A stretch of 43,302 bases of DNA, taken from IMG/VR virus record IMGVR_UViG_3300022670_000174, positions 1 through 43,302 of that record; one strand, 5' to 3'. Each line of letters begins with the position of its first letter. Within the stretch, counting starts at the first letter, position 1. Below are positions 1 to 7,779 of the stretch, in pieces. Below the pieces are notes generated by a model. The model did no database searches and was not told the DNA's origin. It saw nothing but the letters and a program-made list of their open reading frames with translations. The DNA is from a virus. Taxonomy: Duplodnaviria > Caudoviricetes. Both the position numbers and the translations under genes were made by a program.

Positions 1-144
1 AAATTCTGTGGGTAGTGGTAACTCTTGTTGTTTCAAAACATATCCATTTGTGATGTAGATTGTTCAATTCTAGCCTTTGCCGCTTCAAAATAATCTTTAT
101 CTAACTCGCATCCAACCAAATCAACACCGAAATAATAACAGGCT
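1..144. repeat. Direct terminal repeat, copy 1 (identical to 43159-43302); circular-assembly overlap
   Basis: AAATTCTGTGGGTAG...AATAACAGGCT occurs at both ends and includes the 3' end of the MTase gene, so the unit genome is ~43,158 bp. Confidence 0.95.
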
Positions 145-659
145 ATTGCTATTGAGCCAGAACCTAGATGTGTATCTAATATTCTCTGGTTAGGTTCTGC
201 ATACATTAAAAGTAGCCAGTCGTATAGTCGTACTGGCTTTTGCGTAGGGTGAATTCTAAATCTGTCCGCTGAACTTTCAGAGAATGTTTTTATTACCTTA
301 TCAATACTTGTCCACGCAAGCTCTGCAGTTGCAAAGGATACATCATTGCTAAATCGCTTATCCCAAACCACCCAAGATTTACTATTCGGATTTGGCAGTC
401 TATCTATAAAATGATTTGCTCCCCATATTATCTGGTTTTTACTAACCCGTTCAAGTTCAATAAAATACTCTTTTTCTGGCGCCTGAGAATCACCACCCGC
501 AAATTTGTGATAATCTGACTTTTTATTACCTCTTCTACGCCCCATACTCACATTGACATTTATACCGTAAGGCGGATCAACAATAGCCAAATCGAATTCA
601 TTATCCTTGCATGTTTTCATATATTCCATACAGTCGATGTTATGCAATTCAATAGTCAC
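33..659 (-). CDS. DNA amino-methyltransferase (N6-adenine/N4-cytosine, beta class)
   Basis: Catalytic motif IV DPPY near the N-terminus, HPTQKP, and SAM-binding motif I variant LDTHLGSGS near the C-terminus; GTG start. Confidence 0.93.
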   Translation of the reverse strand: MTIELHNIDCMEYMKTCKDNEFDLAIVDPPYGINVNVSMGRRRGNKKSDYHKFAGGDSQAPEKEYFIELERVSKNQIIWGANHFIDRLPNPNSKSWVVWDKRFSNDVSFATAELAWTSIDKVIKTFSESSADRFRIHPTQKPVRLYDWLLLMYAEPNQRILDTHLGSGSIAIACYYFGVDLVGCELDKDYFEAAKARIEQSTSQMDMF

Positions 660-713
660 TTTATTATCCCTTTCCAGATTAAACCTAGTAATATGTAATG
701 TGATGTCATGATT

Positions 714-872
714 TTATTTAAACCGCAATATTTTAAATAGGAACAACAGCGGCAATGATACGGGTGCAAATATAAGTAAAATAACTTGTTCACCTTTCGC
801 ACCTTCGCAAGTTATACACCCCAAAGAGAATGCATAACAAAAAATAATATAATAAATTATTAACTCATTCAT
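714..872 (-). CDS. Small membrane protein (52 aa), not in ORF track
   Basis: Hand translation MNELIIYYIIFCYAFSLGCITCEGAKGEQVILLIFAPVSLPLLFLFKILRFK; two hydrophobic segments; fills the gap in a minus-strand operon. Confidence 0.55.
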   Translation of the reverse strand: MNELIIYYIIFCYAFSLGCITCEGAKGEQVILLIFAPVSLPLLFLFKILRFK

Positions 873-888
873 TTTTTATCACCTGTCA

Positions 889-1284
889 TTACAAATTAAA
901 ATTTAGACCATCCCAATAATCTGGTCTACCCGCGAATAAATTATCAAATTCGCGATCTGTATGTTCCAGTTTACTAAGTGCCCGTTCTGCTTTTGCTAAG
1001 GCAAACTCAGCATGTTGTATTTGTGATCTCTTTCGCATTTTGTATGAATGCAATGCCTCTTTTTTGGTTGGATAGCAATAACGCCTCATTGAATCCTTGG
1101 ATACCCTTCTTTGGCTTGGGTTTTTTATCCACGATTCGTTTTCCCATTCGTTAGTGACAAAATAAAAGCAACGTGTTTCTCTAACCGGATAAAACTTACT
1201 AACCTTGATTTCAAGACCGGACTCTGTTGCGTAATCTTCATACCTATAATGTATTGGCATATCACCGTTAGTAGTGCTCTTCAT
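889..1284 (-). CDS. Hypothetical phage protein
   Basis: 131-aa ORF in the operon; no family recognised. Confidence 0.7.
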   Translation of the reverse strand: MKSTTNGDMPIHYRYEDYATESGLEIKVSKFYPVRETRCFYFVTNEWENESWIKNPSQRRVSKDSMRRYCYPTKKEALHSYKMRKRSQIQHAEFALAKAERALSKLEHTDREFDNLFAGRPDYWDGLNFNL

Positions 1285-1450
1285 TGTTATCGTCCTTAAG
1301 TTTAGCTTTACAACCTAGTAATACTATTTCGAATAGTTCAGGTTTATTTTTGCACCAGTTATTTAATGTCTGGTAGCTTTGATTTGTTAATTTACTAACA
1401 ACCAATAAGTTTTTTAAACCAGATTCTTTTGCTTCTTTAGATGCTGCCAT
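1268..1450 (-). CDS. Small HTH DNA-binding protein
   Basis: GLKNLLVVSKLTNQSYQTLNNW fits a helix-turn-helix pattern; GAGG RBS upstream. Confidence 0.65.
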   Translation of the reverse strand: MAASKEAKESGLKNLLVVSKLTNQSYQTLNNWCKNKPELFEIVLLGCKAKLKDDNNEEHY

Positions 1451-1471
1451 TTTTACCTCGAGATATTATAT

Positions 1472-1999
1472 TCAAAATTCACTACCGTAAGTTATGCCGT
1501 ACCACGTATCAACAATGATGGTGTTGTTTAGTTTACCTATGCACTTTGGGTTATCGCTGATAGGATTAGAAAAATAATCACTTTCTTCGTTAAGCTTTAT
1601 GAAAACCGTTAGATTTGTGTCGGTGTGTTTTTTAAAATTATCGAAATCGGCATGTCTACGCATTGAATTATCCCATTGTGGCATTGGCGGGTAGAATGCT
1701 TGGTATGACACGCTGGATCCTTCAAAATCACTAGAGGCTAATTCGCCATTAACGGTAGTAATTCGATGAGTATTAGACGCTGGTTCAGACCAATAATCTG
1801 TATCTACTGATAAATTACCCTCAAAATCAATTGATGTTGACGTTTCAGAATATTCAGCAGTAACATATCTATTTACCGTTGCTCTGCATTCAGCAACTTT
1901 GTACATTTTTTCAGATAAACCAGCGAAAACGACAACTGTAAATAATAATCCAGAGGCAATGGCTATATATTGTGTTTTTGTTAAATTTCTAATGTTCAT
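1472..1999 (-). CDS. Membrane-anchored or exported protein (moron-like)
   Basis: N-terminal basic plus hydrophobic anchor (YIAIASGLLFTVVVFAGL); has its own predicted promoter at 2037-2064. Confidence 0.7.
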   Translation of the reverse strand: MNIRNLTKTQYIAIASGLLFTVVVFAGLSEKMYKVAECRATVNRYVTAEYSETSTSIDFEGNLSVDTDYWSEPASNTHRITTVNGELASSDFEGSSVSYQAFYPPMPQWDNSMRRHADFDNFKKHTDTNLTVFIKLNEESDYFSNPISDNPKCIGKLNNTIIVDTWYGITYGSEF

Positions 2000-2036
2000 A
2001 ATTTTATCCGATGTGGTTAATTAAGGCTACAGTACA

Positions 2037-2083
2037 ATTATATCAAACTATTTGTATTATGCAAGCAAAACACCAAACTATTT
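2037..2083 (-). promoter_or_regulatory. Sigma70-like promoter with two CAAACTATTT direct repeats (possible operators)
   Basis: Minus strand TTGCAT(2064-2059)-16 bp-TATAAT(2042-2037) with extended -10 TG; CAAACTATTT at 2044-2053 and 2074-2083. Confidence 0.7.
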
Positions 2084-2127
2084 TAACTTATATTTTACTG
2101 AGTGACACTCTACGCATATTTTTTTAG

Positions 2128-2451
2128 TCATGTTTCACACTCTATAAATGGTATTTGTTCAATTAATCCAAAAACCGGATCAGTGCCTATATATACTCGG
2201 TTGTTTTCGGTATAAATTGGTATATGCCCAACAAAAATAACAACACCTTCCTTTTCCAAAGCTAAAAATATTTTATAAATAGCTTCTTCATTTGTATTCA
2301 TACCGCACTTGTACAAATGACCATTCATTCTTTCAGTGGTATAGTCGGCATTTGAATTACCGAGCAAATCAATCATTGCTAATCGTACGTTGACCTTACT
2401 ATTTTTAGCTTTAATATATTTTTTACGAAGTGATTTAATACTCATGATCAC
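2128..2451 (-). CDS. Hypothetical protein (possibly winged-helix-like)
   Basis: 107-aa ORF; AIYKIFLALEKEGVVIFVG resembles a wHTH wing; 4-bp overlap with the upstream gene. Confidence 0.55.
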   Translation of the reverse strand: MIMSIKSLRKKYIKAKNSKVNVRLAMIDLLGNSNADYTTERMNGHLYKCGMNTNEEAIYKIFLALEKEGVVIFVGHIPIYTENNRVYIGTDPVFGLIEQIPFIECET

Positions 2452-2660
2452 TTTCTCACATTAACTAATTCACGCGTTAAATCCATACTAGCCCGTTTTG
2501 CTGAAGCTGTTTCTTTTGAACGAGCCCACGCCCATTTATCATCAATTAATACTTGCTGTGCTTCTTTGGCTTTTTTGATGAATCGCTCTGCTTCGACTAT
2601 CGAACGCTCAAGAATGTTATACATAGGGCTGTTCTCAACACATACTTTTAAAATTTGCAT
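2448..2660 (-). CDS. Hypothetical phage protein
   Basis: 70-aa helical ORF with AGGA RBS. Confidence 0.65.
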   Translation of the reverse strand: MQILKVCVENSPMYNILERSIVEAERFIKKAKEAQQVLIDDKWAWARSKETASAKRASMDLTRELVNVRK

Positions 2661-2711
2661 AATAATTTCCTTTGTTTAATTTAACTTCTTAGTAATACCA
2701 TCTTTAATCTT

Positions 2712-3218
2712 TTACCAACTAAAATTACTTGAATCTAAATATACTTGTGAGTGTCTTCTTGTTACGTCAACACCAGAATCATTAGCCGGTAAAATATCTT
2801 TGTGTGTAGCTCTGATAAATCCACGCCATTGAAAATCATTTGACATAGTTCCTCTGTGTTCGTCTTTTTGAGTAAACTTAACCCATTCCTCAGCGTTTAT
2901 TTTTCCTGTGGTTTTGAACTCAGTTAAAGGCTCGCCAGAAACCCAAAGATACATTGGTAAATCAATTCTAACTTGATCCCAATCTTGCGCGTTATTAACT
3001 CTAGGGATGTTGTCAAAATGCCAATTAGGAATACAAGCGAATTGATTAGGCATTAACATGTGAACTTTAACGTCCCATGTAAATAAATTATGATCATCAG
3101 GAAAATCTTGATAAATCATAAAGGCAACTTCAGGCATACTTTTAAGTAACTGATCCCATGAAGCTCTATGAACTCCGCAATGCTGTTTTTTCCAGTCTAA
3201 TTTTTTCATTATATTCAT
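2712..3218 (-). CDS. Putative 2OG-Fe(II) dioxygenase-like (DSBH) protein
   Basis: WHFD (HxD), distal His in EHRG and Arg in WRGFIR, in beta-strand-like context; likely start at 3218 overlapping the DnaC-like stop (TAATG). Confidence 0.55.
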   Translation of the reverse strand: MNIMKKLDWKKQHCGVHRASWDQLLKSMPEVAFMIYQDFPDDHNLFTWDVKVHMLMPNQFACIPNWHFDNIPRVNNAQDWDQVRIDLPMYLWVSGEPLTEFKTTGKINAEEWVKFTQKDEHRGTMSNDFQWRGFIRATHKDILPANDSGVDVTRRHSQVYLDSSNFSW

Positions 3219-3925
3219 TACCTGTAACTGCTCCAATTAAACGGTATCCATTGGCTGTTGTTCGACTTCAAACGGTCAAAGATTCGTTCACCTAAAATAT
3301 CTTTTACATGGTTGTGATCTAAGTTGGTCAATACACCAACTGGCTTTAAATTACCAATACGCTGATCAATAATTTGGTTGAGTATTATTTTTTCGTGATC
3401 GCTGCCTTTTTGCAGACCAATTTCATCAAGAACCAATAAATCAAAGCTTATTAATTGTTTTATAAATTCATCTTCTGAATATTCGGGGCTGTCACCGTAG
3501 CATTTTCGCATCTTGATCATTAGCTCAGTAACAGTGATCACCATGCAAGTTTTACCTTGTGCCATTAGTGAATTACATATTGCCGCCGCTAAATGATTTT
3601 TTCCTGTTCCAGTACCACCGGAGAAAATAAACCCTGTGCCTTTGTTGTAATTAAAATACTTAATGTAATTATTAGAAAAGTCCCTGGCAAAAGCTTGAAC
3701 TTGATCGGTGACAGAAAAATTTTCAATAGAGCAACTTTGATGAAGAGGTAAAATACCAGAACGCCCTATAATCGAATTTAAGGACATTTTTTTACGTCTT
3801 GATACAATGGCGTCACTCACTTCTTTTGCGCCTACTTCTCGTATTCTCATTGCGTCAGCATAGGTAAATTTGTTTTTACTCCGACCAGCCATGCGTTTTA
3901 TTTTGTCAAGCATTGATATTTTCAT
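3218..3925 (-). CDS. DnaC/IstB-like AAA+ helicase loader
   Basis: Walker A GGTGTGKN, Walker B LLVLDEIG, TNL sensor, GERIFDRL; follows the replication initiator. Confidence 0.93.
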   Translation of the reverse strand: MKISMLDKIKRMAGRSKNKFTYADAMRIREVGAKEVSDAIVSRRKKMSLNSIIGRSGILPLHQSCSIENFSVTDQVQAFARDFSNNYIKYFNYNKGTGFIFSGGTGTGKNHLAAAICNSLMAQGKTCMVITVTELMIKMRKCYGDSPEYSEDEFIKQLISFDLLVLDEIGLQKGSDHEKIILNQIIDQRIGNLKPVGVLTNLDHNHVKDILGERIFDRLKSNNSQWIPFNWSSYR

Positions 3926-4742
3926 TGTTCCAGTCCTCTGGGGCGCTAAAATCTGTATCTATGGCGTTAATATCATTTTTAGTAGATATTTTATTCATTC
4001 GAATAACTAACATATCCCAATGTTTACGAAGTTTAATAGGGCTTAAAATATTACCTTTCCAAAAATCATCAGAGTTAACCCACATAAACAAGTCGCTCAT
4101 TTCCTGATACGACTTTTTATCAACAGAACGAATTAGTCTTACAGTGTCAGCCCATTTATTAAAATTAGGCTTTTTCTGCTTTGGGTTTAATTCAACAAGT
4201 TTTTCATAAAACCATTTCGAGAATTCAACGTCTTCATCAGAAATCTTTTTATCGGGTAAACTTTGATCATCGTCGCTAACGATAGTTGGCAAAGTCTCTT
4301 GATCTTTGGTTAATGGTTCTTGGTTAGTGGTTAATGGTTCTTGGTTAGCTTTCGATTCGCTTTTTTTAGCTTTGCTTTCGGTTTCGTCTGGGTTAGCTAA
4401 ATTAACCGACTGGGTTTCTGTGGGTTTTTTAGGTCTACCACCTTTTTTTCCGTTAGCCCTTGCAGAATCAGCCCTTGAATGATATTTAATTATTTCTTCA
4501 TTAATTCTATTTTGATAATAACCATCTTCTGACTTTAAAAAGAAATCATCTAAAACCTGGGAAACTTCTTCTTTATTTTCTTGCATGCCGATCAATCTAG
4601 ATAATTTTTTAACATCCAGTGCCAAAGGTTTTTCCGTTAAATAATAATGATCGATAAGCCGTCTATAGGCTAAATCTTCAATTAGGTTTAGATGCCGAGT
4701 GTATTTTGCATAATCACCTATATTGAATTGGTAATAATGCAT
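3906..4742 (-). CDS. Replication initiator (DUF1376/YdaU-type N-terminus, lambda O position)
   Basis: MHYYQFNIGDY...AYRRLIDHYY N-terminus, NGKKGGRP linker, C-terminal DDFWKGNILSPIKLRKHWD as in O-like initiators; internal repeats. Confidence 0.85.
   Translation of the reverse strand: MHYYQFNIGDYAKYTRHLNLIEDLAYRRLIDHYYLTEKPLALDVKKLSRLIGMQENKEEVSQVLDDFFLKSEDGYYQNRINEEIIKYHSRADSARANGKKGGRPKKPTETQSVNLANPDETESKAKKSESKANQEPLTTNQEPLTKDQETLPTIVSDDDQSLPDKKISDEDVEFSKWFYEKLVELNPKQKKPNFNKWADTVRLIRSVDKKSYQEMSDLFMWVNSDDFWKGNILSPIKLRKHWDMLVIRMNKISTKNDINAIDTDFSAPEDWNNENINA
4307..4460. repeat. Iteron-like repeats / putative replication origin inside the initiator gene
   Basis: Perfect tandem 21-mer TGGTTAATGGTTCTTGGTTAG at 4307-4327 and 4328-4348; TGGGTT at 4389, 4411 and 4421; position matches lambda ori within O. 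Confidence 0.6.
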
Positions 4743-4743
4743 C

Positions 4744-5010
4744 TTATTCCCCTAATGAAATCAAATCTGATACTAATCTATCGATAGTATTGTAAATTCT
4801 GTTAGTGCCTTTTCGTGAACTGCTAACATCACTTCTGATCTGCCATGTTTTAGGTTTTTCTTTATGGCCGGTATGATTTGCAACACGGATGTATTTAATT
4901 TTGCAGTCTGTTAGGTGAATATAACAACTTCCAGTGCTTACAATAACCAACTTAGGATAAAACAAACCTAATTGTTTGGCTGTTATTTTTGCTGTTGCCA
5001 ATATGTTCAT
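4744..5010 (-). CDS. Hypothetical protein
   Basis: 88-aa ORF tightly packed between the HTH gene and the initiator. Confidence 0.65.
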   Translation of the reverse strand: MNILATAKITAKQLGLFYPKLVIVSTGSCYIHLTDCKIKYIRVANHTGHKEKPKTWQIRSDVSSSRKGTNRIYNTIDRLVSDLISLGE

Positions 5011-5011
5011 C

Positions 5012-5209
5012 TCATTCCCCTAGTGCAATAAACTCACTAACCTTCATGTTTAATATTTCACAAATACGGATCAGGCTAGATTTCTTTATTGAGCCCGTTT
5101 TTATCCAGTTTGAGACTTGTTGTTCTGATGTGCCGATTAATTCAGCGAGGGTTTTATTTCTCATTGGTGTTTTCGCCAATGCCATTTTTAGTGATATGCC
5201 TAATTTCAT
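5012..5209 (-). CDS. Cro/XRE-family HTH regulator
   Basis: NKTLAELIGTSEQQVSNWIKTG is a classic HTH_3 pattern; first gene of the replication arm. Confidence 0.85.
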   Translation of the reverse strand: MKLGISLKMALAKTPMRNKTLAELIGTSEQQVSNWIKTGSIKKSSLIRICEILNMKVSEFIALGE

Positions 5210-5241
5210 TTAGTGGGCTCCAGGATCTGTTTGATAATTAC

Positions 5242-5269
5242 ATTATACGGCCGGAATTAAATAATACAA
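5242..5269 (-). promoter_or_regulatory. Leftward early promoter
   Basis: Minus strand TTGTAT(5269-5264)-16 bp-TATAAT(5247-5242). Confidence 0.7.
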
Positions 5270-5287
5270 GTTTTTCGTGAATTAATA

Positions 5288-5315
5288 TTGATTTTATATT
5301 TTATTGTGCTATTGT
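5288..5315 (+). promoter_or_regulatory. Rightward early promoter
   Basis: TTGATT(5288-5293)-16 bp-TATTGT(5310-5315) with extended -10 TG. Confidence 0.55.
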
Positions 5316-5353
5316 TTATATCACAAACATATTAAATCCAAGAGGACAAGATT

Positions 5354-5446
5354 ATGCAACGTAAGGGTAACGCCCTAGAGAATCGTCTACTCCCAATGCC
5401 CCTTAACTGGGGTTTTTGGGTGAAAAATATAAACGGAGGTACTTAA
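5354..5446 (+). CDS. Putative 30-aa leader ORF
   Basis: AGAGGA RBS; MQRKGNALENRLLPMPLNWGFWVKNINGGT; stops 1 nt before the next ATG and spans a hairpin. Confidence 0.4.
   Translation: MQRKGNALENRLLPMPLNWGFWVKNINGGT
5392..5420 (+). terminator. Hairpin / intrinsic terminator or attenuator
   Basis: GCCCC-TTAACT-GGGGT followed by TTTT; outer CCCA/TGGG arms. Confidence 0.5.
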
Positions 5447-5447
5447 C

Positions 5448-5693
5448 ATGCAAACAACATTATTAGTTAACAACAAAAACATCACAGTCGAAACAAACGA
5501 CGGCGTTACTATTTCAGCAATCGAATTTTGTGGAAAGATGATAAGTATCGTTGATCCTGGCGCTTTTGTTTTTGCAAAGGTTTTGCAAATGCATTGGGAT
5601 CAAAAAAGACAATTAAAAATTGCATGGGCTAGTTACCAGACTCAAAGGTTATTAGATGAACAAGATGATCGTGCTCTGGAATATGCATCATGA
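5448..5693 (+). CDS. Hypothetical protein
   Basis: 81 aa, strong GGAGG RBS. Confidence 0.7.
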   Translation: MQTTLLVNNKNITVETNDGVTISAIEFCGKMISIVDPGAFVFAKVLQMHWDQKRQLKIAWASYQTQRLLDEQDDRALEYAS

Positions 5694-5806
5694 AAAAGAA
5701 AACCAATAGCGCTTTGTGGTTTATCCTGGCACTAGCGCTTTATTCATACGCTTGTCACTTGGAATACCAAGACGAATTAATTCAATACGGAATAGAAGGA
5801 AAGTAA
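5690..5806 (+). CDS. Small membrane peptide (38 aa), not in ORF track
   Basis: MKKKTNSALWFILALALYSYACHLEYQDELIQYGIEGK; ATGA overlap with the upstream stop. Confidence 0.6.
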   Translation: MKKKTNSALWFILALALYSYACHLEYQDELIQYGIEGK

Positions 5807-5807
5807 G

Positions 5808-6014
5808 ATGTCAATTGAATGGCTAAGTACCAAAATAAACCCACCTTTAGCGGATAAAGAGATAATTGCTAAAAATCCGATAAAGCCAGTTGGTCACAAT
5901 TCAGCAACAAAGAAATGTAAAATAATAAAGTTTAACAAAAGATTTAATGAAGATTTGATTGTTGAAATAATGCTTAGTGATAATTTAACACTTTGGAGTT
6001 ATACGGATGAGTAA
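5808..6014 (+). CDS. Hypothetical protein
   Basis: 68 aa, AGGA RBS, tight operon packing. Confidence 0.6.
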   Translation: MSIEWLSTKINPPLADKEIIAKNPIKPVGHNSATKKCKIIKFNKRFNEDLIVEIMLSDNLTLWSYTDE

Positions 6015-6165
6015 TTACCCCGACGACTGCCAAGGCAGTGGCGAACACTTACCCTGGAATAAGCCAGATGATGTGCCATTTTGTACAATTTGTGAAAAAT
6101 CAATATCAGAAGATGATGAGTTTTCCGATATTTGTGATGAATGTCTAGAGGAAGATGATGAATAA
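6007..6165 (+). CDS. Small acidic zinc-finger-like protein (52 aa), not in ORF track
   Basis: MSNYPDDCQGSGEHLPWNKPDDVPFCTICEKSISEDDEFSDICDECLEEDDE; two CxxC motifs; GGAG RBS. Confidence 0.65.
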   Translation: MSNYPDDCQGSGEHLPWNKPDDVPFCTICEKSISEDDEFSDICDECLEEDDE

Positions 6166-7033
6166 TTTAATTGAATACATAGGCGAGCAAGAAGGTTTAT
6201 TTATACCTGTTATTTCTGATGAATCCATCACATGGGAAAAAGAAAAGCAGTTTGCTATTCTTGCAATTGCTAACAATCCTTATTTAGAAAAAGTAGCGAA
6301 TCAAAATAGAACAGCCCTACAAGGTGCAATGATTAGTATTGCGAGTATCGGTATTAGCCTAAACCCGGCAAGTAAACATGCCGCTTTAATACCAAGAAAA
6401 GGTAAGATTTGCTTAGATATTATGTATCAGGGGCTTCAGCACTTGGCGTTATCAACGGGATCTATAGAGTTTTGCCAAACTAAGGTTGTTTATTCAAATG
6501 ACATTTACCAGAATAACGGGGTAGACAGTGAGCCAACACATAATTATAACGCATTTGCCAACAGTGAAGAGCGCGGGGAGGCAGTAGGGGTTTATTGTAC
6601 TGTAAGAACATCAACAGGGGCTTACTTAACAGAAGAGTTAAATAAAGAAGAAGTCTATAAAGCAAGGGCTTGTTCAGAGGCTTATAAAGCGTATTTAAAA
6701 GATAGCAATAAGTCTTGCCCTTGGGTTTCTAATGAATTTCAAATGTGGAGAAAAACAGCGATAAAAAGAGCATCTAGTTATTGGCCCAAAGTTGATCGAC
6801 TCAATTCTGCCATTCAATTACTGAACACTGATAACGGAGAGGGTATAAGTACTGAAAAAGATATTACCCCTAAAGTTATAGAAAATCCTATCCAAGCTTT
6901 AAAAGATATATTGATTCAGCGAGAAGCTAAAGAGTGTGATTATCTGCCGTGGCTTAATGTTGAAAAATTTGAAGACATAACCGAAGCCGCCGCAAGTGCC
7001 GCTGTAATAAAACTGGAGAATGCAAAACAATGA
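6155..7033 (+). CDS. recT: RecT-family single-strand annealing recombinase
   Basis: IGISLNP, IMYQGL, CPW...QMWRKTAIKRA motifs typical of RecT; paired with an exonuclease. Confidence 0.88.
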   Translation: MMNNLIEYIGEQEGLFIPVISDESITWEKEKQFAILAIANNPYLEKVANQNRTALQGAMISIASIGISLNPASKHAALIPRKGKICLDIMYQGLQHLALSTGSIEFCQTKVVYSNDIYQNNGVDSEPTHNYNAFANSEERGEAVGVYCTVRTSTGAYLTEELNKEEVYKARACSEAYKAYLKDSNKSCPWVSNEFQMWRKTAIKRASSYWPKVDRLNSAIQLLNTDNGEGISTEKDITPKVIENPIQALKDILIQREAKECDYLPWLNVEKFEDITEAAASAAVIKLENAKQ

Positions 7034-7770
7034 GAAATTTCATTAAAGAGCTTAAAGATATTAATCACCTTTTTGATTTCGAGACAACACTTGTTGAACA
7101 AACATCTGATGATTGGCATTTTTTAAGGTTTGCTGTATTCACGGCTAGTAATTCAAAACACTTATTTTCAACTAAGCGGGGGGCGAAAACCACTATCTAC
7201 GGAACTGATTACAATATAGCGCCACCGTCAACACTAGGTCGTAAAACTTACATGGAAGATTTGGTAGCTATTGTTGGTGCTCCTGAAGTGCCAACCGACA
7301 TAAAAGCAAAACCTTTAGCTTGGGGTAGGGATCACGAATCATCAGCAAGAGAGGCTTATAAAGCATTGACCTTTAACAGCGTTGCTGAGTTGCCATTCAT
7401 ATATAAAGATAGTTCTATGCGTGCCGGTGCTAGCCCTGACGGAATAATTCAGAATTCTAGCGGTATCGGGCTTGAGTTAAAATGCCCTTACAACAAAGGT
7501 GTCTACATTAAATTTGCAACTCAAGATAAAATAAAACATGAAGAAAGGCATCAATGTCAATTTAACATGTGGGTATCTGGGCTTGATATGTGGCACGTTG
7601 CAAAATTTGATCCTCGCATGGTTAATTGTAAAAAATTACACATGATAGAGATAGAAAGGGATGAAAATGCCATGTCTTTACTTGATGATGCTATGGGTAT
7701 TTTTACAGAAGAAATGGATCTAATGCTTAATAAGTTAGGCATGGAATTCGGCCAACAGTGGGATAAATAA
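7030..7770 (+). CDS. YqaJ/lambda-exonuclease family 5'-3' exonuclease
   Basis: EQ...W...R...TAS, WGRDHE..AR, GASPDG, ELKCP, QCQFNMWV motifs. Confidence 0.92.
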   Translation: MRNFIKELKDINHLFDFETTLVEQTSDDWHFLRFAVFTASNSKHLFSTKRGAKTTIYGTDYNIAPPSTLGRKTYMEDLVAIVGAPEVPTDIKAKPLAWGRDHESSAREAYKALTFNSVAELPFIYKDSSMRAGASPDGIIQNSSGIGLELKCPYNKGVYIKFATQDKIKHEERHQCQFNMWVSGLDMWHVAKFDPRMVNCKKLHMIEIERDENAMSLLDDAMGIFTEEMDLMLNKLGMEFGQQWDK

Positions 7771-7779
7771 GGAATAATC

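Noticed and set aside
33-659. Complete restriction-modification system
   Set aside because: No adjacent restriction endonuclease-like ORF; an orphan MTase is ordinary in phages
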